Source: Rebecca billardiae RCC1528 (taxonomy: Eukaryota > Protista > Haptophyta). Taken from it: 64,000 nucleotides of DNA. This document shows, one piece after another, positions 1 to 11,662 of the stretch (positions are counted from its first letter, which is position 1; the number at the start of each line of letters is the position of its first letter). The position numbers and the translations under genes were made by a program. Location of the stretch: the NCBI GenBank assembly GCA_965240325.2, contig OZ251253.1, positions 864,233-928,232 on the forward strand. Direction: 5' to 3'. The notes beneath the pieces are model-generated. The model searched no databases, was not told the origin of the DNA, and saw only the letters and a program-made list of their open reading frames with translations.

Positions 1-1799
1 CTGCGCCCGCGCCCGCGCCCGTGCCCGTTGCTGCGCCGGAGCCCACCGCCGCGCCCGCGCCGAGCGCCGAGCCCGCGGCCGGCCCAAGCGGGCGCGACGC
101 GCTCGAGGCCTCGCTGCGCAAGCTCTCCGTGCGCGACGTGCCGCTCAAGGGTGCGCGCGCGCTGCGCCGCGGTGCTCCCGCGCGCACTCAGAGCGCTGCG
201 TCCGCGCAGCGCTCTGACTGACACGCGCGTGTGTGCGCGCACACGCGCGCGCAGGCAAGCGGCTGCTGCTGCGGCTGGACCTGAACGTGCCGCTGCAGCC
301 CGCGGAGCAGGGCGGCGCGGTGCTCGACGACACGCGCCTCCGCGCCGCGCTGCCCACCATCCAGCACGCGCTGCGCGAGGGCGCACGCGCAGGTGCGCCA
401 CGCGCGCACACCCGCGCACACCCGCAGCAGCACCGCCGCAGCACCGTCGCAGCACCGCCGCCGCGTCCCGACCGCCGCGCCGCGCCCCGCCCGCGCCTCC
501 CTCCGCGCGGTGTGCGCAGTGGTGCTGTGCGCGCACCTGGGCCGTCCGCAGGGCGTGCGCGTGCCTTCCCTCTCGCTGCGCCCCGTGTGCGCGCGCCTCT
601 CGGAGCTGCTGGGGCTCGAGGTGCGCTGGAGCGAGGTGGCCGTGGGGCCCGCGGCGGAGGGCGCGGTGGCCGCGCTGCCCGAGGGCGGCGTGCTGCTGCT
701 CGAGAACGTGCGCTTCTACCCCGAGGAGGAGGCGCCCCTGGGCGGGCCCGCCGCGCACCCCTCGGGCTTGGGCGCCGCGCTGGGCAGGCTAGGCGACGTG
801 TACTGCTGCGACGCGTTCGCGTCCGCGCACCGCGCGCACGCGTCGCTGGTCGGCGTGCCGCTCACGCCGCGCTGCGCGGGGCTGCTGCTCGCGACCGAGC
901 TCAGCTGGCTCGGCGGCGCGCTCGCCGCGCCGCGCCGGCCGTACCTCGCGGTGGTGGGCGGCGGCTCTCTGGGCGCGCGGCTGCCGCTGCTGCTCTCGCT
1001 GATCGAGACGGGTGCGAGCCGACGCGAGCCGACGCGAGCCGCCCACCCGCGCGCGCGCTCGCCCGGCCGCGCGCGCGCACGCGCCGCTCACGCCGCCCGG
1101 CCCTCCGCCGCGCGCGCGCGCCCGCGCGTGCGTGTGCGCGCCGGTGCGCCGCGCGCCTCTGCGCCGCAGTGGACGAGCTCGCGCTGGTGGGCGGCGTGGC
1201 GCACGCGTTCAAGCGCGGGGCGCTGGGCGTGCAGCTGGGGCGCTCGTCGGGCGAGGGCGCGGAGGCGGCCGCGCCGCTCGCGCAGCGGCTGATCGCGCGG
1301 CTGCAGGCGCGGCGCGTGCGGCTGTGCGTGCCCACCGACTGGATCACCGCCGACGCCTTCGCGCCCGACGCGACGATCGGCCTCGCGACCGACGGCGGCG
1401 GCGTGCCCGCCCCGTGGCGCGCGCTCGACCTCGGCCCGCGCTCGGCCAAGGAGCTTGGCGCGGCCGTGCGCCGCGCCAACACGGCGCTGTGGGTGGGCGG
1501 CGCGCCCGGCGTCTTCGAGTTTGAGCGCTTCGGCGGGGGCACGCGCACGCTGGTCGGCGCGCTCGCCGAGGCGAGCGCGCGCGGCGCGACCACGATCGCC
1601 GCGGGCGGCGACGTCGGCGCCGCGCTCGCTCGGTTTGGCGCGGAGGGCCGGCTGTCGCACGCCTCCACCTCCGAGCACGCGGCGGTGTGCGTGCTCAGCG
1701 GCCAGCTGCTGCCCGCGGTGGGCGCGCTCTCGGAGGCGAGCGGCGGCGCGTCCTCGCTGCTGCTCGAGGCGGTGGCGGCCGCGCACCCCGCCGAGGGCA

Positions 1800-1836
<37 letters not shown>

Positions 1837-3413
1837 GCGCCCCGGCCGCGCGCTGCCCGCCGCGCTGCTGCGCGCCGCCACCGCCGCGGGCTCGCTCGGC
1901 CTCGGCCTGCCGGGCAGCAGCGGCACGCCCGGCGGCTCCAAGGCGCAGCGCGGGGCGAGCACGCCGCCGCCCTCGCCCGCCACCGCCTCGCCCGCGCCCG
2001 CGCGCCCGCCGGCCGGCGCCGCCGGCCCCGCCGCCGCCGTGCGCATCGGCGTCGCCGGGCTCGGCCGCGTCGGCCGCGCGCTCGTGCGCGCCGCGCTCGA
2101 GTCCGCGCAGCAGCCGCAGCAGCCGCAGGGCGGCGGCGCGCGCTGGTGCGTGTGCGCGATCAACGACCCGGCGCTCTCCGCGCAGCAGATGGCCTACCTG
2201 CTGGCGCACGACTCGGCCAGGGCGCAAGGCGAGCAGCTGCTCGCGCACGTGGGCGCGGACGGCAGCAGCCTCGAGCTGCGCGCGCCCGGCTGCACGGGCG
2301 CGCCCGCGGTGGTGCGCGTGGCGCACGCGCTCGACCCGGCGCAGAGCGCGTGGCGCGCGGCGGCCGTCGACGTCGTCGTCGTGTGCGACGCGCCGCGGCC
2401 GCCCTCGCTCGGCGCGCTGCACGGCCACCTGGCAGCGGGCGCCGCGCGCGTCGTCGTGGCGGGCGTGGCGGAGGCGGAGGTGCCGTGCTTCGTGCTCGGC
2501 GCCAACGAGCGCGCCCTCTCGTTCCGCACGCCCGTGCTCGCCACCGGCTGCGCGGGCGGGGGCTGCTGCGCGCCGCTGCTGCAGCTGCTCGACGAGGGGC
2601 CCGGACTCGAGGTGAGGCACAGCGGCGCGCGGCGCGCGGCGCGGCGCGCGCGCACCCACGGCCGCCGCGCCCCGCGCCCCGCCCTGCCCTCGCGCAGGCC
2701 GCCTCCATCGTGCTGGTGAGCGCCCTGGCCCCGGCGCAGAAGACGGTCGACGGGCCGGTCGGCCCCGCGCAGGGCGGCGCGTGGCGGCTCGGGCGCGGCG
2801 GCAGGCAGAACATCGTGCCCGCGCCCGCCACCGCCGCGGCCACGGTCGTGCAGGTGTGCGCGCGCGCACACTGCACACGCGCGCGCGCGCGTCCGCGCGC
2901 ACGCACTCGCCAACCTTACCCCCCGCCCCCTGCCCCCCCCCCGCCCGGTTCGTGCGTCAGGCCGTGCCGCGGCTGTCCGGCCGCGTGTGCAGCAGCGCGT
3001 ACCACGTGCCCACCGCGGCCGTGTGCGCGGCCGACATCACGCTGCGCCTCAAGAGCCCCACGCCGCTGCCCAAGCTGCTCGGCGCACTCGAGCGCGCGGC
3101 CGCGGGCCGGCTCGCCTCTGTGCTCGGCGTGAGCGCGCAGCCGCTCGTCTCCGCCGACCACGCGGCCGAGCGGCGCTCGTGCGTGCTGGACGCAGAGGCG
3201 TGCCTCGCGCTGCCCGCGGGAGCCGAGCCGGGCGGCGGCGCGCGCACGCTCAAGCTGGTGTGCTGGTACGACGAGCCGACCGCCTCGGCGCACCGCGCGC
3301 TCGACCTCGCCGCCGCGGCGCACACCGCCGCGCGCACGCCCTTCGCGGTGCTCATGCGCTCGGCGAGCGCGCTCGGCGCGGCGGGCGCCAAGCAGCCCGC
3401 CGCGCGCGCGTGA
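1..3413 (+). CDS. Phosphoglycerate kinase-GAPDH fusion protein, 5'-partial, both domains with degenerate catalytic motifs; exons <1-150, 255-392, 520-1011, 1170-2611, 2698-2853, 2961-3413
   Basis: Five GT-AG introns (151-254, 393-519, 1012-1169, 2612-2697, 2854-2960) splice to one frame. PGK motifs: KLSVRDVPLKGKRLLLRLDLNVP, HLGRP, LLENVRF, DAFASAHRAH, LDLGP, GVFE. After an Ala/Pro linker, GAPDH motifs: RIGVAGLGRVGR, AINDP, QKTVDGP, QNIVP, VPT, WYD. The PGK-GAPDH junction lies inside one exon. Confidence 0.9.
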
Positions 3414-4551
3414 CGTGGCGCGCGCATGTCCGCCGCGCGGCCGGCCGCGTCCGCAGCCGCACCGCCCCGGCCCAGCATCCTGCCGGCGGATGCGCCGCCG
3501 CCGCTCTGCATGTTTGTCCGTCGTGACCGTCGTCGTCACCCCACCACCAGCCGCCCGCGCCGCCCACGCAACCGGCGCTCTTGCTGCCGTCGCGGAGCGC
3601 TGACAGGAGGCGCTCTAACTACTTGTCCACGGCTCAAGTCGCACTCATCAAGTTCCGAGGCGACGCCGCCCAGTGTCAGCGCGCTGTCGCGTCGTCTACT
3701 CACTAGCACCGCAGCGTCGGTAGTGCTGCAGTGATGCCTGCTGCGCGCTGCGCGTCCGGTCGCGTCCGTATGGACCCTCGGCGCGGGCTGATGCGCATGA
3801 TGCATATGCGTGCGCGCGATGCGATATGACGAGCGCATCAGCGCGGTGGTACCGCCCGCGGTACTCAGCCGGTAGCCCGGTAATCTAATCCGGTCGCATA
3901 TAGTAAAGACTGGCAGCGGGGGGGCTCAGCCCGCCCCTGCGCTCGCGGCCCGCGCCAAGTCACACTAGTGGCGGCCGCCTGCGCAGGCGTCAGGCGCAGG
4001 ACCCGTAGCTATATATATATATATAATATATAATATATAAGCATCAGCAGCAGAAACTACTGAGACTCCGCAGGCGGTCGGGCTACCGAACGGCTATATA
4101 TAAGAAACCGAGACTAGCCGTGAGATTTCTGACGACTTCTTATTGCCCGCGATTGCCTGTATGCGCTGCGCTGATGAGGCGGACGTGACGACGGCGACGA
4201 TGACGACGATGACGCCGCGATGACGACGATGACGTGGTCGCCGCCGCCGCGCTGTACCGTACTGCGGGCGCCGCGCATCAATAAGCAGCGCGGCTGCTGC
4301 CGCTGGCGGGGCGCGTGGGCGGACGGAGGCGGCCGCGGTCGACGCCACCGTCTGGTGACTCGGCCTCCTGCTGCTGCGAGGCGCCCGCGTGACGACTGCG
4401 CGGCGCAGCCTGCCGACACGCGCGCGCCGCGAGGCGGCCGCGGCTCGCGGTCGGACGCGGCCGAGCGCCGGGGCTCCGGGCGGCGGCGCGTGCGGCGCGG
4501 TGGTTGGCGGGTGCGCACGCGTTCGCGGTGGCGTGCGCGCGCGCGCGCCCC

Positions 4552-6576
4552 TCACGAGAGGAACGTGTCGACCCACTTGAGCAGCGCGAGGTCGGCGAGC
4601 GCGCCGTCGCCGTCGCACAGCTCGCTCTCGTCGCCGCCGACGACGGCGGACGGCTCGGCCGCGCGCGCCGCCTCCCACACGGCGCAGCCGCAGTTGGCGA
4701 GCGCGGCGGCGGTGACGCCGGCGGCGCCGGGCGTGGCGGCGGCGGCCTGCGCGGCGGCCTCGCCCGCGCCCGCCGCCGCCGCGTCCGCGTCGGCGAGGCG
4801 CCAGACGTCGTCCCACGGCACAGACGCGGCTGTGCGCAGCGGCAGCAGCAGCCCGGCCGCCACCTCGCGCTCGAGCCCGCCGGGCGGCCACGCGAGCACG
4901 CCCTGCACGGGCAGCAGCTGGGAGGGCTGCGCGCGCCCGTCCTGCAGCGCCTGCGCCGCGCCGTCGCCGGGGAGCGAGCACACGCCCGAGCGGCCCACCG
5001 CCTCGCCGCCGAGCTCGGGCCCCGCGCGGTGCAGCCAGAGCAGCGCCTCGCCGCGCAGCGCGAGGTTGCCGCCGAACAGCACGTGCCGACGGCCGCCGCC
5101 GCCCGCGCCCGCCGCGCCGCCGCTCGGCTTGAAGCGCACGTGCGCGCCGGAGGGGCGGTTGAGCAGCACGCCGACGCTGCCGCCGTCGCCCGCCTTGAGC
5201 AGCAGCACGAGCCCCTTGTGCAGCCACTGCCGCGAGAGCGTGAAGGCGCTGACCGCGCACGGCGCGCGCAGCACCACGCCCGCGGACAGCTGCACCGGCG
5301 CCTGCGCGCCCGCGCTCGCGGCGGCGGCGGCGGCGACGGCGGCGGCGGTGACGACGGGCGTGAGCGGCGCGGGGCGCAGGTTGGCGCGCACCCACTCGCC
5401 GAGCATGCGGTCGGCGAACGAGCCCGCCGACGCGTCCACCTCGGAGGCGCCGTGGCCCAGCCTGCGCATCAGCCGCGCCCACAGCTCCACGCCGTCGCCC
5501 AGCCGGTCGCCCACGCCCTCCGCGCCGCCCTCGGCGCCGCCGCCGTCCGAGGCGCGGCCGAAGAGGAGCTCGCGCACGAGCGTGCCCGAGTCCGCCGCGG
5601 CGAGCCGCCACGACGAGCCCGTGGCCCGGTCGAGCTCGGACTGCAGCTGGCCGGGCCCCCAGCCCGCGTACCCGACGAAGCAGATGAAGTCGGAGGGGGA
5701 GGCGACGCCGTCGGCGCAGAGCTGCTTGGCGCACGCGCCCGAGGTGCAGTACACGCCGGGGAGGACGGGGACGGAGAGCCGCGCGGCGAGCACGTTCGAC
5801 GGGTGCAGCGCGTGCAGGCACGTCACCTCCCGCCCCTGCCGCTCGTCGGTGAGGCCCTGCACGTCGCCGCCAAAGTGCAGCGCCCACCCGTCCTCGTCCT
5901 CGAACGGGGTGGGCCTGTTGAGGATGAGCCCGCGCGTGAAGTCGGGCCCGTGCGAGATGACGAGCATCACGCACTTGTGGAAGTACTGCTGGTGCAGCCC
6001 GAAGCCGTGCCGCTGCTGCGTGCTCGCGAGGATGATGGAGCCCTGCTCGATCAGGGGGCTCTCGTGCACCCAACCGCCGGACGCGGACGCGTCGGCGGAG
6101 GACGCGGCGGCGGCCGCCGCCGCCGCGGGCGTGGGCGTGTCCGGGTCGGCGGCGGCCGCCGCCGCCGCGCCCCCGACGGGCGCATCGGCCGCGCCGGCGG
6201 GCGCCGCCGCGCCCTCGCCCGCCGGCGGCGCGGCCGTCGCGTTGCCCAGCGCCTGCTCGCGCGCCTCGCGCGCGATGAGCCGCGCGCGCACGGCGCGCCA
6301 GTCCTCGTCGGAGACGCTCGGTGGCTGCGCGGCATCGTCGTCGGCGGACGCGTCGCTCGTGTCGCCCGCGCCCGCCGACGCCACGAGCGCCGCGCGCGGC
6401 CGGCGCGCGCCGCGGCCCGCGCCGCCCGCGCCCGCGCGCGCCGGCGCGGCGGGGCGGAGCGCGACGGCCGCGGCGCGCGGTGGCAGCGCGGTGGCGACGA
6501 GCAGCAGCAGCACCGCGCGCGCGAGCGCGGCGCGCGGCGCGCGCGCGCCCTCCCTCGCGCTCGGCTGTGTGCACAT
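4552..6576 (-). CDS. Tandem DUF179 (YqgE/AlgH-like) domain protein with N-terminal signal peptide, probably plastid-targeted
   Basis: DWRAVRARL, YFHKCVML, GLILNRP, FGGDV, FVGYAGWGPGQLQSEL; second copy GVLLNRP...LFGG...WPPGGLEREV. Hydrophobic N-terminus after the ATG at 6576. Confidence 0.85.
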   Translation of the reverse strand: MCTQPSAREGARAPRAALARAVLLLLVATALPPRAAAVALRPAAPARAGAGGAGRGARRPRAALVASAGAGDTSDASADDDAAQPPSVSDEDWRAVRARLIAREAREQALGNATAAPPAGEGAAAPAGAADAPVGGAAAAAAADPDTPTPAAAAAAAASSADASASGGWVHESPLIEQGSIILASTQQRHGFGLHQQYFHKCVMLVISHGPDFTRGLILNRPTPFEDEDGWALHFGGDVQGLTDERQGREVTCLHALHPSNVLAARLSVPVLPGVYCTSGACAKQLCADGVASPSDFICFVGYAGWGPGQLQSELDRATGSSWRLAAADSGTLVRELLFGRASDGGGAEGGAEGVGDRLGDGVELWARLMRRLGHGASEVDASAGSFADRMLGEWVRANLRPAPLTPVVTAAAVAAAAAASAGAQAPVQLSAGVVLRAPCAVSAFTLSRQWLHKGLVLLLKAGDGGSVGVLLNRPSGAHVRFKPSGGAAGAGGGGRRHVLFGGNLALRGEALLWLHRAGPELGGEAVGRSGVCSLPGDGAAQALQDGRAQPSQLLPVQGVLAWPPGGLEREVAAGLLLPLRTAASVPWDDVWRLADADAAAAGAGEAAAQAAAATPGAAGVTAAALANCGCAVWEAARAAEPSAVVGGDESELCDGDGALADLALLKWVDTFLS

Positions 6577-6823
6577 GGCGGTCACGCTTGCCGGCCGCCC
6601 TGGCGACGGAGCGCAAGGCCGGAGAGGCGAGAAAGGCCCCAAGCGGCGCCCGCCGGCCGCGCTCGCTGGTCAGGAGAGTGGCGACTTGGTGGCGAGCTGC
6701 AGATCTCCCGCCGCCGAGCGAGCGAGCCTTCCAGCGGCAGTCCGGAACCTTCGCGCAGGCTCGCAGCGCAGCCGCCCTGGTGGGGTGTACGCAGTGGTGC
6801 ACCGAGCAGGACCGCCCTGAGAG

Positions 6824-7379
6824 ATGCACGCCGCGCCCGTCGTCGAGCACGCGACACACCACGCCGCCGCGCCGGCGGCGGCGGCGCGCGGCGCGGGCTG
6901 CGCCGCGCGCGCGGAGGACTACGAGTGCGCGGTGTGCAACGGCCTGCTGTACGAGCCCGTCGTGCTGCCGTGCGGCCACGCGCTCTGCCGCGTGTGCATG
7001 GGCCGCAGCCTGCGGTACGACGACAAGTGCGCGCTCTGCAGGGCGCCCGCGCCGCTGGCGTTCGCGCACGGCAACGCCAAGGTGTGCATCCCGCTGGCCG
7101 ATCTGCTCGCCGCCGTCTTCCCCGCCGAGACCGCCGCCCGCGCCTCCGAGCTCGCGTCCGAGCCCCCTCCTGCCGCCGGGTTTGTGCTGCCTCTGTTTGT
7201 GCTCGACCCGATGGTGCCGTCCCAGACGATCGCGCTCAACGTGTTCGAGCCGAGGTACCTCTGCCTCTTCGAGATGCTCGACGCGCACGCGCGCGCGCTC
7301 GCGCGCGAGGCCGCCGCCGCGCCCGCCGCCGCCGCCGCGCCCGCCGCCGCCGCCGCGCCCGCCGCGTCCACGGCGGCGC

Positions 7380-7453
<74 letters not shown>

Positions 7454-7996
7454 TGGGGCTCGATGGACGGCGCGCTGCCCGCGGTGCGCGGCTGCACGTT
7501 CTGCATGGTGGGCTGGGCGCCGGGCGCGTCGCCGCCGCTGCCGCAGCACGGCGTCGAGTGCGAGGTGCGCTCCGTGCGCCGCACGCTCGACGGCCGTCTG
7601 CTCGTGGTCGCGCGCGCGCTGCGCCGGCTGCGGCTGTGCCGCGCGTGGGCGCAGCCGGTGAGCTTCCGCGACGGGCGCGCGGGCGGCGGGCGCGGGCGCT
7701 ACGTGACCGTGCCGCCGCCCGGCGTGCCCACCGCCCCGCACGCCGCCGCCGCCGCGCGCGACGACGCCCCCCCGCCGCCGCCGCGCGGCGCCGGCCGGCC
7801 GCGCGGCGTGGTCGGCTGGTCTGGGTCTGAGGAGAGCGTGCGCGCACACCCGCACCCGCACGGCCGCGGCCGGCCGCTGCCTCCGCTGTGGCACGCGCTG
7901 TGCGAGTACGCCGACTGCGACGACGACGCGGACGACCTCGCCGCGGCGGTGGCCGCGCCGGCGGCGGACGCCGACGCATCGGCGGCGGCGTCCCGT

Positions 7997-8041
<45 letters not shown>

Positions 8042-8704
8042 TCAGACGAGCCCGCCGCCGCGCGCGCCGCGGCCGCCGCCGTGGCCGCGCGCGCGCGCGC
8101 GCGCGCGGCGCGGTGTGCGCTCGCTTCCGAGGTGGCGGCGGCGATGACGGAGTGGTGGGGCGAGGTGGTGCGCGGCGGGTGGCAGCGCGAGCCGCGGCAG
8201 CTCGCGCGCCTCCTGCGCGAGGACTCGGTCGGGCCGATGCCCTCGCCGCCGCACGCGCGGCCGCACGCCCTCGCGCTCTGGGCCGCCGCCATCGTGAACC
8301 CGCTGCCGCCGCTCGGCGTCGCGCCCGAGATCCGGCCGGCCGTGCTCGCCGCGTCCACGGCGGAGGAGGCGCTCGTCGCCGTGCTCGCCGCCGTCGACGG
8401 CTCGCTCGCGCACATGCGCGCGCCCCGCCTGGGCGCGCGCGCCGCGCGCGCGCTCGGCGACGCGCTCGGCGCGCTCGGCGGCGCGCTCGGCCTCGGCGAG
8501 CGCGGCGCGGCCGGCGAGCGCGGCGCGGCGCACGCGCTCGGCAGCGGCGGCGCGCACGCCGACGGCGGGCCCGCGGCTGGCGCCACGACGTGGTGGTGGG
8601 CGGGGCGGCACACGCGGCGCGTGCTCACGGCCGCGTGCGTGGTCAGCGCGCTGCACTGCGCGCTGCAGCAGCTGCTGCCGCCGCCCGCGGAGGGCGGCAG
8701 CTAG
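6824..8704 (+). CDS. RING finger (C3HC4) plus LON N-terminal substrate-binding domain protein (LONRF-like E3 ligase)
   Basis: CAVC...EPVVLPCGHALCRVC...CALCR followed by LPLFVL...LNVFEPRY. Confidence 0.85.
7381..7453 (+). repeat. (GGC)n trinucleotide tract encoding ~24 Gly within the LONRF-like gene
   Basis: Pure GGC run seen directly. Confidence 0.95.
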
Positions 8705-8912
8705 CTACCGCTTGTCAGAGCACGCGGACGGAAGGTTCCCGTCTGGCGATGAGGCATACAGTCGACTAAGAATAAGAGACTCACACAGCTTAGGCAGGCG
8801 AGACCGTGTTCCCGACGCGCACGCACATAGCATCAGCAGCTAACAGTACTGTATGATTGTATGATACATGCTGCATGCATTTTAACCGCACGGTACAACA
8901 CAGAGGGCCACG

Positions 8913-10169
8913 ATGGCGGCGGACGGCCCGAGCGCGCTCGAGCGCGCGCTGCTCGACCCGGCGCGGCTGCTCGCGCTGAGGGCGTGCGACGCGAAGCTGC
9001 TGCGGTACAACCCGCACTCGTTCGCCTCGGTGCTCAACCCGCGCGGGCGCAACCTGCGCATGCTCGGCCCGCCGCTACTTACGCTCGGCGGCGCGTACTC
9101 GGCCCTGGCCGCGCTGCTCACGCCGCCGCTCGCCGAGGCGCTGGCGGAGTGGCTCGAGCCGGTGGAGGGGTACTTCATCCCGCTGCTCACCAGCACGGTC
9201 GCCTTCCTCCTCGTCTTCCGCATCGGCCGCGCCGCCGTGCGCTACTGGGACGCGCGCGCGGCCGCGGGCGAGCTCGTGCTGCAGTGCCGCACGCTCGCAG
9301 GCGAGGCGCTCGCGCTGCGCCCGGCGGACGAGGGCGCGCGCGCCGAGCTGGCGCGCTGGCTGTGCGCGATGCCCGTCGCGGTGAAGAACCACCTGCGCAG
9401 CGTCGCCGCGCGCGACGACGTGCTCGAGTGCGCCGCCGCGCCGTGCCGCTGGGGCGCGGCGGCGGCGGGCGCGGCGGCGGGCCGCGCGCGCGCCGACGCG
9501 CGCGCCGCCGCCGCCGCGCGGCGGCGCGCGGCGCAGCTGGCCGAGCTCACGCCGGTGCTGAGCGAGGCGCAGGCGGCGGCGGTGCTCGACGCGCCCAACC
9601 CGCCGCTCCTCGTGCTCGCGCGCGCGCGCCGCGCCGCCGCGCGCGTGCTGCGCGCGTCGCGCCCCACCGAGTGGCAGCCGCTGGCGTACCGCGGGCTGGG
9701 CGACGCGCTGCACAGCCTCGCGCGCGGCGCGGGCACGATGGAGCGGATCGCCGCGACGCCGCTGCCGTTCGTGTACGCGGCGCACGAGCGCACGCTGCTC
9801 TTCCTCTTCCTCTGCGTCGCGCCGCTGCCCCAGCTCGCCGCGCACCGCTGGGCCGCGCTCGGCCCCGCGCTGCTGACCGCGTGGGCGATGCTCGGCATCG
9901 AGGCGGCCGCGGTCGAGTGCGAGGCGCCCTTCCTGCGCCGACCCAACCACCTGCCGCTCGGCGCGATGTGCTCGACGGTGGCGCGCGACGTGGCGCAGGC
10001 GCTGCGCGACAACGCGGAGGACGAGCCGCCCGGCGCCACCGCCGGCGCCACGCCGCCGCCGGCCGGCGCACCCGCCGCCGCGCAGGAGCCGAGCAGCGGC
10101 AGTCGGCGGCAGCACGCCCTCGCGAGGCGCGCGAGCGTGCTCAACTACGGCGTCGGCCTGCGATGGTGA
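8913..10169 (+). CDS. Bestrophin-like (UPF0187/YneE/VCCN family) anion channel
   Basis: FLLVFR...RYWDAR, ERIAATPLPFVY, GIEAAAVECEAPF...NHLPL; hydrophobic segments. Confidence 0.85.
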   Translation: MAADGPSALERALLDPARLLALRACDAKLLRYNPHSFASVLNPRGRNLRMLGPPLLTLGGAYSALAALLTPPLAEALAEWLEPVEGYFIPLLTSTVAFLLVFRIGRAAVRYWDARAAAGELVLQCRTLAGEALALRPADEGARAELARWLCAMPVAVKNHLRSVAARDDVLECAAAPCRWGAAAAGAAAGRARADARAAAAARRRAAQLAELTPVLSEAQAAAVLDAPNPPLLVLARARRAAARVLRASRPTEWQPLAYRGLGDALHSLARGAGTMERIAATPLPFVYAAHERTLLFLFLCVAPLPQLAAHRWAALGPALLTAWAMLGIEAAAVECEAPFLRRPNHLPLGAMCSTVARDVAQALRDNAEDEPPGATAGATPPPAGAPAAAQEPSSGSRRQHALARRASVLNYGVGLRW

Positions 10170-10969
10170 GGGCTGCGCTGGTGATACACGCACGCCGCGT
10201 GGTGCGTGTGTGCTCGTGCCGGTGCGCAGTGGCTCATATCGGCGATATGTCGTTAATAAGAGCAGTCGCGCAGCAGATCCCTGTATCGCGCCATCGGCAG
10301 TCGCGTCATCAGTCGCGCGGCGTCGTACTCGTCAGTTCCTGCTGAGTGCTGTCACGGCAGCCCGTGTCACCGGCAGTCAGCCCGTCTGACAGTCAGGTGC
10401 CGTGTTCCGCGCCACTAGTCGATCCGCGCGGTAGCTTCGTATATATATATATAGCTATATTAGCTCCTGTCGCTGCCGTGTCGCGCTGCTGAGACACTAT
10501 GCTGCGCACGGCGGCGGGCCGCCCGTAGGCCGCCGTAGAATACGTACCGGACTCAGATACCGAGTGGCTCTCAAGCGCAAGTTTTATAGCTAGCGCTACT
10601 CGGAGTAGCGCACTAGCTATAGCTACTCACCACTCAGCGCCCGCGCGCTCGGGCACCGTCAGCGGCCGAGGCCGAGCGGCGCGGGCTCACTCACTCGGCC
10701 GGCGCTGCGGCCGAGTTATTTATGAGTGACGTCGGACCCACCAGTAGTCGCCGAGTCGCGGACCGCGCGCGCGTAGCTGACAGGCTGCATTACGGACATT
10801 AGTCACTTAGTGCGCTGGCATCCGGTCGTGACACTAAATAGTAATAAATTCTGAGTCAGCATCAATGCTAAATGTAACTACTGCCGCCCGGCCCGGACAC
10901 GGAGTGAGTCGGCAGTAGACGTAGTCAGTAGATACTCGGTCGTCTCTCGGATATGCCCGGGCGGGCGGC

Positions 10970-11662
10970 CTAGGCGGACGTGTCGCGGTTGACGTAGGCG
11001 TACACCGTGTCCGACACCTGCTCGAGCAGCCAGCCGTACCCGTGCGAGCAGCAGTACCCCGAGCTGAAGGTGGCGTGCTGCAGCGGCAGCGTGAACGAGT
11101 GCGACCACACGGGCAGCGACGCGTAGCACTGGCTGGACGAGCTGATCTGGCCGGAGAAGTCGGCGAGGCAGCTGATCTGCGCCTCCCTCTGGATGTCGAT
11201 GCCCGAGACGCACGCCTGCAGGCACAGCCGCGCGCCCATCGGCAGCTTCATGTCCGCGGGCACGCCGGGCGGGTTGTGCCGTCCGCGGTACGCGCGCGAC
11301 GTCCAGTACGCGACCGCGCCGTTGGGGCAGTCGAACTGGTCGCCGCCCACCGCGGGGCACTTGTTCGAGAACTGGCCCGAGACGAAGCGCGCGTCCTCCT
11401 CGTCGAAGGGCTCGTCGTTCTCCTCCTGCTCCGCCCCGAGCTGAAGCGCCGCGCACGTCTCGGGGCAGCGCGCGGCCGTGCGCGCCAAGCGGCCGCATTC
11501 GTCGAGGCTGAGCGAGCGGCAGCGGCGGGACTCGGCCTTCGCGTCGGCCGGCGCGAGGCCCTCGGGCAGGAGCGTGAGGGTGAGCAGCACGCCGGCGCCG
11601 CAGCCCACGAGCAGCACGCCGGCGAGCGCGAGCGCGCGGCGAGGCCGGGCGCTGTCCGTCAT
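10970..11662 (-). CDS. Hypothetical Cys-rich protein with N-terminal membrane anchor; partial ShK-like CPxTC motif
   Basis: ATG-initiated 230-aa ORF with GC3-biased codons, one hydrophobic helix, C...C...CPETC and further cysteines. Confidence 0.65.
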   Translation of the reverse strand: MTDSARPRRALALAGVLLVGCGAGVLLTLTLLPEGLAPADAKAESRRCRSLSLDECGRLARTAARCPETCAALQLGAEQEENDEPFDEEDARFVSGQFSNKCPAVGGDQFDCPNGAVAYWTSRAYRGRHNPPGVPADMKLPMGARLCLQACVSGIDIQREAQISCLADFSGQISSSSQCYASLPVWSHSFTLPLQHATFSSGYCCSHGYGWLLEQVSDTVYAYVNRDTSA

